DNA of 64,000 nt, taken from positions 384,001 through 448,000 of the forward strand of contig CBFGTS010000001.1 of the NCBI GenBank assembly GCA_965652295.1, given 5' to 3'. A model generated the notes under the pieces. The model was not told the DNA's origin. It worked only from the letters and a program-made list of their open reading frames with translations, and ran no database searches. The translations under genes and the position numbers were made by a program. The DNA comes from an uncultured Haloferula sp. GTDB taxonomy: Bacteria > Verrucomicrobiota > Verrucomicrobiia > Verrucomicrobiales > Akkermansiaceae. Each line of letters begins with the position of its first letter. The first letter of the stretch is position 1. Below, piece by piece: positions 19,136 through 28,059 of this stretch.

Positions 19136-20511
19136 TAGTGGAAAAAGGTGAGGTAGGGGCCGTTGTTGATGAGGCGCTGGAGATAGACGGCGAGTTCCAT
19201 GGCGTGGTAATCTCCCCACATACTGGATTCACCGTAGGGAGCCTTGTTGGCCTCGGGCCGGTGGTCCCAGCCGTTGGGGTGGTGGTAGATGGTGTGGAGG
19301 AGCAGGCCCTGGTGGGCGGGATCCTCGCTGGCGTAGGTGTCGGAGAGGAGGCTCCGGGCGGTGACGAGAGCGGCGGCCTGGTAGCGGTCGGCATTGGCGG
19401 TGTCGCCGCGGTCGCGAAGGACCCTGGAAAGCCGGAGAAGCCCCTGGGCGGTGATGGCGCTGGCGGAGGAGTCGACCGGCTCGTGCTCGTTGAAAGGGTC
19501 GGCCGGTTCGAGGAGGTGGTTTGGAGGCATTTTCCACATGTTCGGGCCGCCCTGGTCCCAGTAGGAAATGCCGTCGGCCGGGGTGTGATCGATGAAGTTC
19601 TCCGCGATGGCGATGGCCCCGCGCAACATGAGCAACTCCCATTTTTCCCGGCCTCCGAAGGGCTCCAGCTCGGCATCGGAGAGGGTGGTGAGGAACTCGA
19701 GCTCTTCGGCGAATCCGAGCATCGCCCACGATTGCCCGCGGGTCCAGGTGGTGAAGCCGGAGTAGCCCTGCTGCGAGTTCGGGCAGCGGTAGGCACCGTC
19801 CTTGGTGTTGAAGATGGCCTCGTGGGTGGTGCGGCCGGCGAGGTCCCAGATGTCGCGGCCTTCGCCGTAGAAAACGGAGTATTTCGCGGTGGATTCGATG
19901 TGCTGGAGAGCGCGATCGAGCAGGGAAATAGGCTTGTCGCCTTCGCCCATGAGGACGTGGCCGAGACGGTGCGCCTGCATGAGGATGCGACAGGAGCGGA
20001 TGGTATCGACGAAGAGCGAATGCGGGCCGTTGAAGGAATGGATGAAGCCGCCACCCTGACGCTCGGTCCAGCGCGCGGCTTGGACGGCACCGCTCGTTTT
20101 GATGGCGAGTTCGTAGAAATGGCGCTCCCATTCGTTTGCCGGCAGGCGGCCTTCGAGCATCAGCCTACGAAGGTTGCCGTAGGTGGAGAGGTTGTTGAAG
20201 CCATGGTCGTGGACGCCGATGTGGCTGACGTGGCTGGCCATTTTTTCCACGGTGCGGGTGCGGCCGGAGTCGAGGGAGGTTTCGTCACCGGTGGCATCGA
20301 AATGGAGGATGGCGATGCCGTAGCGGAAGCCTTCGGTCCACTCGGTCCAGCCGCGGGTGGTGTATTTCCCCTGAACGGTGAAGACCGGCGAGCCCTTGGC
20401 GTCGTCGTATTCGCGGTCGATGGAGGCGATCTTGGTTTTCGCGAGTGAAAAGAAGCGGTCGAGGGCCGGGGAGAGGCTTTCGAGGGTGGGGGCGGAGTCG
20501 AGGGAGATCAT
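19135..20511 (-). CDS. GH88-like unsaturated glucuronyl hydrolase
   Basis: WTEGF, HDHGF, FVDT, QQGYS..TTWTRGQSWA..GF, VDSSASAI, WGDYH..E; no signal peptide. Confidence 0.8.
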   Translation of the reverse strand: MISLDSAPTLESLSPALDRFFSLAKTKIASIDREYDDAKGSPVFTVQGKYTTRGWTEWTEGFRYGIAILHFDATGDETSLDSGRTRTVEKMASHVSHIGVHDHGFNNLSTYGNLRRLMLEGRLPANEWERHFYELAIKTSGAVQAARWTERQGGGFIHSFNGPHSLFVDTIRSCRILMQAHRLGHVLMGEGDKPISLLDRALQHIESTAKYSVFYGEGRDIWDLAGRTTHEAIFNTKDGAYRCPNSQQGYSGFTTWTRGQSWAMLGFAEELEFLTTLSDAELEPFGGREKWELLMLRGAIAIAENFIDHTPADGISYWDQGGPNMWKMPPNHLLEPADPFNEHEPVDSSASAITAQGLLRLSRVLRDRGDTANADRYQAAALVTARSLLSDTYASEDPAHQGLLLHTIYHHPNGWDHRPEANKAPYGESSMWGDYHAMELAVYLQRLINNGPYLTFFH

Positions 20512-20515
20512 GGGA

Positions 20516-20549
20516 GAGTTTGCTAGTTTTCAGTGTTCAGTTTTCAGGC
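20516..20549. repeat. 34-bp heptamer-periodic intergenic repeat, copy 2
   Basis: GAGTTTGCTAGTTTTCAGTGTTCAGTTTTCAGGC. Confidence 0.75.
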
Positions 20550-20578
20550 TGAAGGGCGGGACGCCTGGGCTCCTTTTT

Positions 20579-21124
20579 TCAGAAGCGGTGGGTTTTGGTG
20601 AGGTGGGCGATGGTGAGTTCGGCGTCCTCGAAGATTTGGTAGGTGTGGGGAAGGACGGCGTCGAATTTGAGCGCATCGCCAGCGGCGAGGGTGTGCTGCT
20701 CGTGGCGGAAGGCGACGTGGACCTTGCCGCGGCGGACCCAGCAGATTTCGTGATCGTCGCCGTGGGCCTCGGGGTGCTGGAGCGAGTCGCCGGCTCGGGC
20801 GGTGGCGTGGAACAGCTCGACGCCTTGGAAGGCGATCTTTTCGAACTGGAACGGTCCGGAGGTATAGCGGGTGGCTTTTTTCCGGTGGGCGGTGGGCGAC
20901 TCGGCGAGGGAAAGCAGGTCCGAGGCGGAGAGTCCGAAGACGCGGGCGAGGCGGTGGAGCGTGGGCAGTTCGACGAGGTTCTGATTGCGCTCAAGCTTCG
21001 AGAGCGAGGCGATCGAGAGGCCGGATTGATCCGAGACCTGCTGCAAGGTCAGTCCGGACTGCTTGCGCAGGTCGCGGATGACGGTGAAGTCGAGAGAGAG
21101 GCTTTCGGAGTCCTGAATGGGCAC
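20579..21124 (-). CDS. XRE-family HTH + cupin transcriptional regulator
   Basis: IRDLRKQSGLTLQQVSDQSGLSIASLSKLERN; cupin H...E..WV..G..., GDALKFDAVLPHTY. Confidence 0.9.
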   Translation of the reverse strand: MPIQDSESLSLDFTVIRDLRKQSGLTLQQVSDQSGLSIASLSKLERNQNLVELPTLHRLARVFGLSASDLLSLAESPTAHRKKATRYTSGPFQFEKIAFQGVELFHATARAGDSLQHPEAHGDDHEICWVRRGKVHVAFRHEQHTLAAGDALKFDAVLPHTYQIFEDAELTIAHLTKTHRF

Positions 21125-21281
21125 GAGGGATAAAAAACACGAAGAAATTTATACGGGAAGAAAAATTTAGGAGTGCGGCAGGATTTATCTGCGCTTAGGA
21201 GGAGAACTTCAGTCCTGATGGAAAGGGCACGGCGATGAATCGCCTCGGGAAAGCGAGATGAATCTCCGCAGTCTGGAGGCG

Positions 21282-24200
21282 CTATTCGAGGATGAGTGTG
21301 CGGGAGCCGTGGTTGGGGTGGGTGATGAGGATGGCGAGGCGGCCGGTGGCGGGCGGGGTGTCGTCGGTCAGGGTGCGGTAGTCGAACTTGCCGCGGAGAT
21401 CGGTGTAGCCGTCCTTGAGGAATTCGGGTTCGCCGTCGCGCTCACAGTAGACTTTCACATAGGCGGCGGAAACGGGGGCACCGGTGGACGTGCGGACCCG
21501 GAGGACGGGATCAACGGGACGGCAGGCGATCTGGAGGGCGCGGCTGTCGAGGATGCGCAGGGCTTTGGTGCCGCTGGCATCGGCGGAGACGAGCACGTTG
21601 CCGCGGCGGAATTCCTCGGGCAGCTCAACGCGGGTGGTGTCGCCCGTCAGGTCGAGTTTCTGAACGAAATTCGGCCGGGTGCCGGGCAGCTCGCCGGCGT
21701 CCTGGAGGAAGGGGTTGCGGGAGAAGAGCATTTCGAGATCGATCTGATAGAGGGAGAGCTCGACCTGCTGGAGGTGGCGGTGGGTGAGCTGGAGTTGGCC
21801 ATCGGCGGTGGCGGAAATCTCAAGGGCGGGAGCGGCGTCGGCGGTGGCGTTCTCTTCGCCATCCAGGCTTGGATTTTCCGCGAGGGCGGTGATTTCCCCG
21901 GCTTGGGAAATGACGGCGGCGAAGCGCGCGGCCCACGGCCCGGGAGGGAGGTCGGGATGGGTGCGGGCGATCTGGGCGGCCTCGGTGGACTTCGCCTGAT
22001 GGAAGAGGACGAGGCAGTGGAGGTAGTCGTAGGCGAGTGGTGTGGCGACCTGGCTGCGATCGATTTCCGCGAAGCGGGCAATGCCCTCGCCGATGCGATC
22101 CTGGAGAAACAGGAACCAGGTGAGGTGGAGTTGGTCGTCGGCGGAAAGGACGGGCTTCCAGGCGAGCTGGTTCAGGAAACCGCGGTAGTGCTTGTGGGCG
22201 AGTTCCTGATGGAAGGGCGGACGGTCGCCGAGGCGGTGCGCGCGCGGGTTGACGAGAGGATCGAACTCAAGCGACTGCCATCCGCAGTGGATGGTGGGGC
22301 GGATATCGAGGAGCGGGGAGGTGAGGTATTCCCCGAGGTTGAGGGCGAGGTCGGAGTTTTCCAGCCAGGTGCTCATGGTCCCGGTGTCGCCATGAAGGAA
22401 GGCGTAGCGGGCGAGCGATTGGGGCAGGGTGAGGCGCTCGCGCAGGGTGGCGATGGCCTTGTCGTAGAACCCGCGGTCGCGGAGGCGCCAGGCGATGAGG
22501 CCGAGGTCGATGGCGTGAAGGTTTTCGCTGGCGAGGCGGGCGAGGACATCGTCGTCGGAGCCGTCGCGGGCGATGACTTTCCATGAGGCGTGGTCTTCGG
22601 CGGGGTCGCCATCGGTTACGCGCAGGGTGCGTGGCGGAGCGGTGGCGAGGATGGTGTCGGCCTCGGCGACATGGAGCGGGTAGGTGGCGAAATCACCGGG
22701 CTCCGGGAAATAGAAAGCGAGGTCGAAGGTGAGCACGCCGTAGGGTTCGAGTTCGCGCGTTTCGGAAAGGGTGGTTTCCTTTCCTCCGAGGGCGATGGCT
22801 CCGGCGGGGATCTGGGCGAGCACGTCGATGCGGCGGCCGGCTCCGGTGGGGTTGGTGATGACAAGGGACGCGCCGTAGGCGGTGCCGGTGCGGAAATCGC
22901 CGGTGATGGTGTTCTCGATGCGGCGGCCGGCTTCGTTGCGGAAGCGGTCGTCGAGGCGGTGGAAGGTGTGACGGACGAGGACGGGGGAATCGGCGGCGAC
23001 TTTGTCGGTCTCGCGGGTGTCCTTGTAGAAAAGAAGCATCGGCTCGCGGGCTTTGACGCGGAGCGTGGGGCCATCGGTGCGGACTTCGGGTCGCCCGGCT
23101 TTGAAGGGAAGGTCGAGCAGGGCGAGGCACATCAGCGCGTCGTTGTGGGAGGCGGTGCAGGCGTTGAAATGCGGGGAGATGAAGGGGCCGTTGCCGTCCC
23201 ATCGCGCGAGGTCGAGCCAGAAGGCGTTGAGCGGGATCAGCGACTCGCCGGTGTCGGTGCTACGATGGTGATCGTAGTTCGACTCGGACCAGATGCGGGT
23301 CTGGGGCCGGTCGGCGGACCAGGATTGGCGGGCCTGGTAGCGGGTGGTTTCGTCGGAGTCATCCATGGTGAAGCCGGGCACCGCTCCTCGGGGGGCGATG
23401 TCCATGCCGGCACCCTTGTCCGCGACAGCCGAACTGATGATTGCATCGACCAAGTCGAGATTCATCGGGGTGTTTCGAACCAGCAATGTTCCGGATTGAG
23501 CGAAATAGCTCGCTGTAGCGTCAGGGGGGAATTTGACGCCATTGGCCCGTAGGGCGTCGGTGAGAGTCATCTGATCCGGACGCGAATCGGGGTCTTGAAA
23601 CGGATCTTCCGGGGGAGCGTCTCCTTTTTCGTATCCACCGATGCGCGAAAGGAAATCCGGCGGGACTCTGAAAGTGCGGGTGAAAAGGTCCTCGCCGACT
23701 TCGGTGGCGGGTTTGACGGTCACCGCGAAGTCGTCGACGGACCAACTGCAACGGGTGGCCTCGCAAATATAGTTGAGAGCTTCGCTGAGCGGAGCATTGC
23801 GAAGCTTGAGTTCGGCGATGCGCTGATTGCCTGCGGGACCGCGGACGAAGAAGTTCACTCCCTTTTTCGCGGGATCCAACTCGAAGGTGTCGAGCTCGAT
23901 GGATTGAACGCGGAGGAAGTCGATGGCTTCTGCGACGGAGATGTCTTTGAAGTCGATTTCTGGAATGACGATATTGCTGATCTTCTGGAGGATGTAGCTG
24001 GATCCTGCGGATTTCATCACCCGCGAATCACCTTCCTCCTCTTCGATCTCGTTGCGGGCGAGGCCGAGGGAGTCGGTGATGGCGAGGTCGGTACCGCGGA
24101 GGGTCTGGGTGAAGAGCTGGGTTTCCTGCTCGGGAGCGGGGGCTTCGAGCTGCCAGCGGTGCTCGAGTTCGGAAAGAATGCGCGGGCGGGCCTCGGGCAG

Positions 24201-27200
24201 GGAGCGGGCGAGGAGGGCCTTTTCGGCGGCGTTCAGGCGTTCCCAAGCGAAGGGGCGGAGATAGGCGGTAAGGTCGCGGCCGAGCAGGTAGTCATCGATG
24301 AAGGTCGGCTCGAACTTCTGCTCCAGGGTGGGCTTGATGTACTTTTCAAAGAACTCCGGATCTCGGCGGGAGAGGAAGAGGTGGAGTTCGTGGCAGGCGT
24401 GATCGGTCCAGAAGGCGAGCTTGGCTTTCTGGTCGAAATCGGGCCAGTCGAGCAGGCCGGCCATTTCGCGGAGGCGATCGCTGCCGGTGGTGCCGAAAAG
24501 GAAGGCGTGGGCTTCCTCAAGGGTGGTGAAGGCGCGCCAGTCGGCATCGAGCATGTTGTCGATGACGGCCTCGGCGTCCTTCATGAGGGCGGTGGCGCGG
24601 CGGGTGCCGACGTGGTGTTTTCCGGGGTCGAGCGGCCGGGCGAGGCGGCGGTCGCGGAGCTGGATGGGGCTTTCCGGAAGCGGAATGATACGGCGCTCGT
24701 AGTAGTTTTCATCGGTGACGACGACACGGACGGTCTGGTAGCCATCGAAGGTGGCGAGGGGCAGGGAGACGGTGCCGTCCTCGGCGGGGGTGAGGTCGTA
24801 GTGGAGTTCGGAGGATCGCGCGAGGTAGTCGAGGAAATCGGGGAGGGTGCTGGCTCCTCCACCTCCGCCCGCGGCGAAGGGGTCATCGTCTCCATAGGAA
24901 TGGCGCGCGCTTCTTTTCTGCGACTCGGTTTCTCCATCCATCCCGGGAAGCGGCGGGAGGACGTCGCCGGAGCTGTCTTTCTCGCTCCAGCGGTGGGCGA
25001 GGAGGCCGGGGCGGGGCAGCATGGTGCCGGGGTAGGGGGTGAGGTTCCGACGTTCGAGGATATAGCGGGTTTCCTCATCGAGGGTCTGGTCGGTGAGGAA
25101 ACCGCAGGCTTCGAAGCCGGGACGCAGGACCGGGCGTGCTACGGGGCTGAAGGGCAGAAGTGGACGGTCATTCCAAGGGCTGTCGAGGAAACGGGTGCCG
25201 ATGAGGTGGACGCGGGTCGACTCGCTTGGACGGTCGAGGCGGACGGTGAGGGTATCGCCGTCGACGGCGGCAGCGAGGGTGTTCGGGACCGAGCCGGGGA
25301 GGTGGGGGGCGATGAGCTGCGGGGAGAGGAGCAGGCCGTCTTCCTCGGTGGCGGCGAGGACCTCGATGGCGATGCGGGAATCCGGCGTGGTGAGGCGGTA
25401 ACTGCCGGGAGCGAGGCCGGTGATCTCAAGCTGGCCGTCGCGGTGGGCAAGTTGCTCGAAGAGGTCGGTTTTGGGGCGGTCGGTGAGGTCGAGTGCGAAA
25501 AACGAATAGTCGATCCGATTCAACGGGCCTTGGAGAGGAAGGGTGATCGCCTCGTCCGGGGTGATGCGGAGGGTGGTGGGGAGTTCGATTTTCGGACGCA
25601 GGTCGTTTTCGGTGCAATGGAGGAGCGGTCGACGGTCGAGGTCGACGTCGAGACTCTGAATGTCCGCGAGGGAGCCAAGGCGGATGCGGCCGTTGTCGTC
25701 GGTGCGCAGGCGGAGTTCGATGGCTCCGACGTAGGTGTCGCGCCGGAAGGTGAGCTGGAGGGCGCGGTCGGGGAGGGGTTCGCCATTGCGGCCGCGGAGT
25801 TCGAGGAAATGGCCGTCGGTCGTGGCGATCAGATGGGCGTGGGCGAAGCCGCCGTTCAGGAGATGATTGAACTGGAAGCTGTTGGAGGTGGTGAGTTCGA
25901 CGGGGTCGGCGTTTTCCCGGGGAACGACGGTGGCATCGAGCTTGAGGGTGAGGGAAACGGTGTCGGCCGGGATTTGGAAGGGGACGGTGAAAACGGGCGC
26001 GAACTGGAGGTCGTCGGAGACGACGTGCTCGGTGGTGACGCCGGAGGAAAGCTTGGCGCTGAGGGTGAGGCGGGCGTTCTCGATGCGGTCGAGAGGCAGT
26101 TCGTGGCCGTGGTTGGTGAGGCGGAGCTGGATGCGGGCCCGGGCTTCGGCGTCGGCCCGGAGCTGTTCGCGGTCGAGGTGGACGCGTGAGATGAGCTTGA
26201 GCTGATCGGTGCGCTCTCTGATGCGGACGAGCGTGGCAAGCGGTCCGCGGGAAAGGACGCCGTAGCGGGCGGGGCCATGCTCGGCGTTGGGAATGGCGAT
26301 GGTGCCGGAGGCGTCGGCGGTGAAGGTCTCGAAGCCGAAGTCGAGGGTGGCGTCGGTGACGGGGTGCCCGTTTTCGTCGAAGACACGGAGGGTCTGTCCG
26401 GTGGCGCGGCGATCGAGGTAGGGAATAAGGCTGCCTTTGCGGATGAGGGCGCGGGAGGAGTGGCCGTTTCCAACCAGCTCGACGATCCATGCGCCAGGGC
26501 CGGTGAGTTCGGGGAGGTCGATGGTTTCCCGATGCAGGACGAGGGGCGGCTGGTCGAAGGTGAGGGTGCGGGTGTGGTGCGGGACGAGGCCGGCGAGGTC
26601 GAGGTTGACGTCCGGCTCCCGGCCATCGCGTGCGAGGATGCCGGGGAGGTCGAGTTCGTGGATGCGGATGAGCAGTTCGGGGGTGTTTTTCAGATCGACG
26701 CCGAGGGTGACGGCGGCATCGGAACTGAGGAGGACCGGTCGGCCGGGGGCGAACTCGAGGCGGGTCTGTTGGCGAAGGGTGGCGAACTCGGAGGGATCTA
26801 GTAGTTTTCCCCAGCGTTCCGGATCGGCCCCGGCAAGGAGGCGGGCGCGGGCGTGGATGGGGGTGAGGATGTGGTGGGGAATGAAGGGGGTGAAGCGGTC
26901 GGCGGAGTCCCGTTTGGCGAGGAAATGCTGGAGCAGCTCGCGGATGAGCGGCGCGTCGTTGGAAACGGAGGGGCAGCCGGTGATTTTCGCGAAATCGGTC
27001 GAGAGATCGATGGGCGGGGCGTTACGATGGGCGTCGGTCTTGAGCAGCTCGTGCGTCGGCCGGGGGATCGCGAGGTAGACGAGGAAGTCGTCGAGTTTGG
27101 GTTCGGAGTTTTCGAGCTGGAGTCGGAGGAGGTGGTGAAGGATGTGGGCCTTGAGTGAGACGAGCGCGGGCGGGAGGTCGGCGGTGGCCTCGCGCAGGCG

Positions 27201-28010
27201 TTCCATATGGGCGGTGTGGAGCCGGGGCTGGCGGGCGAAATCCTCGCCGGTGTGGCGGCGGAGTTTCTCCAGCCAAGTGGTGACGAAAGAGAGATTGGCC
27301 TGGAGGTCGGGGTGGAGCTGTTGGAGTTCCTCGAGCTGGGCGAGGGTGAGTTGCCGGTGAACGGGGCTTTCGCCGAAAGCGACGGGCGGCTTGAGCGCGA
27401 GGCCGCGGGAGATGAGCCGGACGACGCCGGGATGGTCGGCGCGGTAGAGCGAGGAAAGCGAGTGGCGGAGCCGGGCCTCGCTGAAGGAATCGACCTGATC
27501 GAGGGCGGCGAGGAGCTTCGGTGATTTGAGTCCGCGCCATGGTTCGTCCGGGTGCCGGGCGAGGGCTCCCTTTTCGAACGCCTCGTCGGAGATCAGGGCG
27601 GGATCGACGGTGTCAGGGAGCTTCTCAATGGCGTGGGCGTCCGGGCGGGAGTCATCGAATTGCAAGTCGAGGCGCTTGATGAGGGCGGCGAGGTTTTTCT
27701 CCGGATCAGCCTCATAGCGCAGCAGCAGCTCGCGGGTGGCGAGGGAGTCGAAGCCTTGAGCCGGGACCGGTTGTTGCTTGCGTTCGGAGGCGGCGCGCCA
27801 GTCGGCGAGGGTCCTTTCGAAGGCCGCGGTGTCACCAGTGAGCTGCTGGTGGAGGGCGGTGTGGAAAAACCAATCGCGGGTGCCGGGGACCAGCTCGGTG
27901 AGGGCTTCGACGCGCGTGGCAGGGTCGGCGAATTTTTCGGCGAAGTCGAACTCGGCGGCGAAGGTGAGCAGCGGGAGGGTGGCCAGCAGGGTGATGAGGC
28001 TGGGTTTCAT
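21282..28010 (-). CDS. Very large secreted hypothetical protein (2242 aa) with macroglobulin-like beta domains and an inserted secretin N-terminal (STN/N3-like) module
   Basis: Long ORF with GC3-rich codons; signal peptide MKPSLITLLATLPLLTFA; C-terminal AYVKVY...KDGYTDLRGKFDY; insert at about 23430-23996. Confidence 0.85.
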   Translation of the reverse strand: MKPSLITLLATLPLLTFAAEFDFAEKFADPATRVEALTELVPGTRDWFFHTALHQQLTGDTAAFERTLADWRAASERKQQPVPAQGFDSLATRELLLRYEADPEKNLAALIKRLDLQFDDSRPDAHAIEKLPDTVDPALISDEAFEKGALARHPDEPWRGLKSPKLLAALDQVDSFSEARLRHSLSSLYRADHPGVVRLISRGLALKPPVAFGESPVHRQLTLAQLEELQQLHPDLQANLSFVTTWLEKLRRHTGEDFARQPRLHTAHMERLREATADLPPALVSLKAHILHHLLRLQLENSEPKLDDFLVYLAIPRPTHELLKTDAHRNAPPIDLSTDFAKITGCPSVSNDAPLIRELLQHFLAKRDSADRFTPFIPHHILTPIHARARLLAGADPERWGKLLDPSEFATLRQQTRLEFAPGRPVLLSSDAAVTLGVDLKNTPELLIRIHELDLPGILARDGREPDVNLDLAGLVPHHTRTLTFDQPPLVLHRETIDLPELTGPGAWIVELVGNGHSSRALIRKGSLIPYLDRRATGQTLRVFDENGHPVTDATLDFGFETFTADASGTIAIPNAEHGPARYGVLSRGPLATLVRIRERTDQLKLISRVHLDREQLRADAEARARIQLRLTNHGHELPLDRIENARLTLSAKLSSGVTTEHVVSDDLQFAPVFTVPFQIPADTVSLTLKLDATVVPRENADPVELTTSNSFQFNHLLNGGFAHAHLIATTDGHFLELRGRNGEPLPDRALQLTFRRDTYVGAIELRLRTDDNGRIRLGSLADIQSLDVDLDRRPLLHCTENDLRPKIELPTTLRITPDEAITLPLQGPLNRIDYSFFALDLTDRPKTDLFEQLAHRDGQLEITGLAPGSYRLTTPDSRIAIEVLAATEEDGLLLSPQLIAPHLPGSVPNTLAAAVDGDTLTVRLDRPSESTRVHLIGTRFLDSPWNDRPLLPFSPVARPVLRPGFEACGFLTDQTLDEETRYILERRNLTPYPGTMLPRPGLLAHRWSEKDSSGDVLPPLPGMDGETESQKRSARHSYGDDDPFAAGGGGGASTLPDFLDYLARSSELHYDLTPAEDGTVSLPLATFDGYQTVRVVVTDENYYERRIIPLPESPIQLRDRRLARPLDPGKHHVGTRRATALMKDAEAVIDNMLDADWRAFTTLEEAHAFLFGTTGSDRLREMAGLLDWPDFDQKAKLAFWTDHACHELHLFLSRRDPEFFEKYIKPTLEQKFEPTFIDDYLLGRDLTAYLRPFAWERLNAAEKALLARSLPEARPRILSELEHRWQLEAPAPEQETQLFTQTLRGTDLAITDSLGLARNEIEEEEGDSRVMKSAGSSYILQKISNIVIPEIDFKDISVAEAIDFLRVQSIELDTFELDPAKKGVNFFVRGPAGNQRIAELKLRNAPLSEALNYICEATRCSWSVDDFAVTVKPATEVGEDLFTRTFRVPPDFLSRIGGYEKGDAPPEDPFQDPDSRPDQMTLTDALRANGVKFPPDATASYFAQSGTLLVRNTPMNLDLVDAIISSAVADKGAGMDIAPRGAVPGFTMDDSDETTRYQARQSWSADRPQTRIWSESNYDHHRSTDTGESLIPLNAFWLDLARWDGNGPFISPHFNACTASHNDALMCLALLDLPFKAGRPEVRTDGPTLRVKAREPMLLFYKDTRETDKVAADSPVLVRHTFHRLDDRFRNEAGRRIENTITGDFRTGTAYGASLVITNPTGAGRRIDVLAQIPAGAIALGGKETTLSETRELEPYGVLTFDLAFYFPEPGDFATYPLHVAEADTILATAPPRTLRVTDGDPAEDHASWKVIARDGSDDDVLARLASENLHAIDLGLIAWRLRDRGFYDKAIATLRERLTLPQSLARYAFLHGDTGTMSTWLENSDLALNLGEYLTSPLLDIRPTIHCGWQSLEFDPLVNPRAHRLGDRPPFHQELAHKHYRGFLNQLAWKPVLSADDQLHLTWFLFLQDRIGEGIARFAEIDRSQVATPLAYDYLHCLVLFHQAKSTEAAQIARTHPDLPPGPWAARFAAVISQAGEITALAENPSLDGEENATADAAPALEISATADGQLQLTHRHLQQVELSLYQIDLEMLFSRNPFLQDAGELPGTRPNFVQKLDLTGDTTRVELPEEFRRGNVLVSADASGTKALRILDSRALQIACRPVDPVLRVRTSTGAPVSAAYVKVYCERDGEPEFLKDGYTDLRGKFDYRTLTDDTPPATGRLAILITHPNHGSRTLILE

Positions 28011-28059
28011 GCTGCCTTTTCTAGCCGGGCCCATGAAACCTGGAAAGAAGATAGGCCGG

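Noticed and set aside
18264..20090. ORF-track extensions suggesting fusions (608-aa isomerase, 800-aa ROK, 557-aa PI-PLC, 311-aa at 7882)
   Set aside because: The extensions overlap upstream genes in another frame and are low-complexity; internal ATG starts were used
21141..21169. GAAGAAATTTA/GAAGAAAAATTTA direct repeat as an XRE operator
   Set aside because: Short A-rich match in an AT-rich promoter region; too weak without comparative data
21282..28010. Calling the giant protein a true alpha-2-macroglobulin
   Set aside because: No CxEQ thioester motif; only a loose resemblance to MG domains
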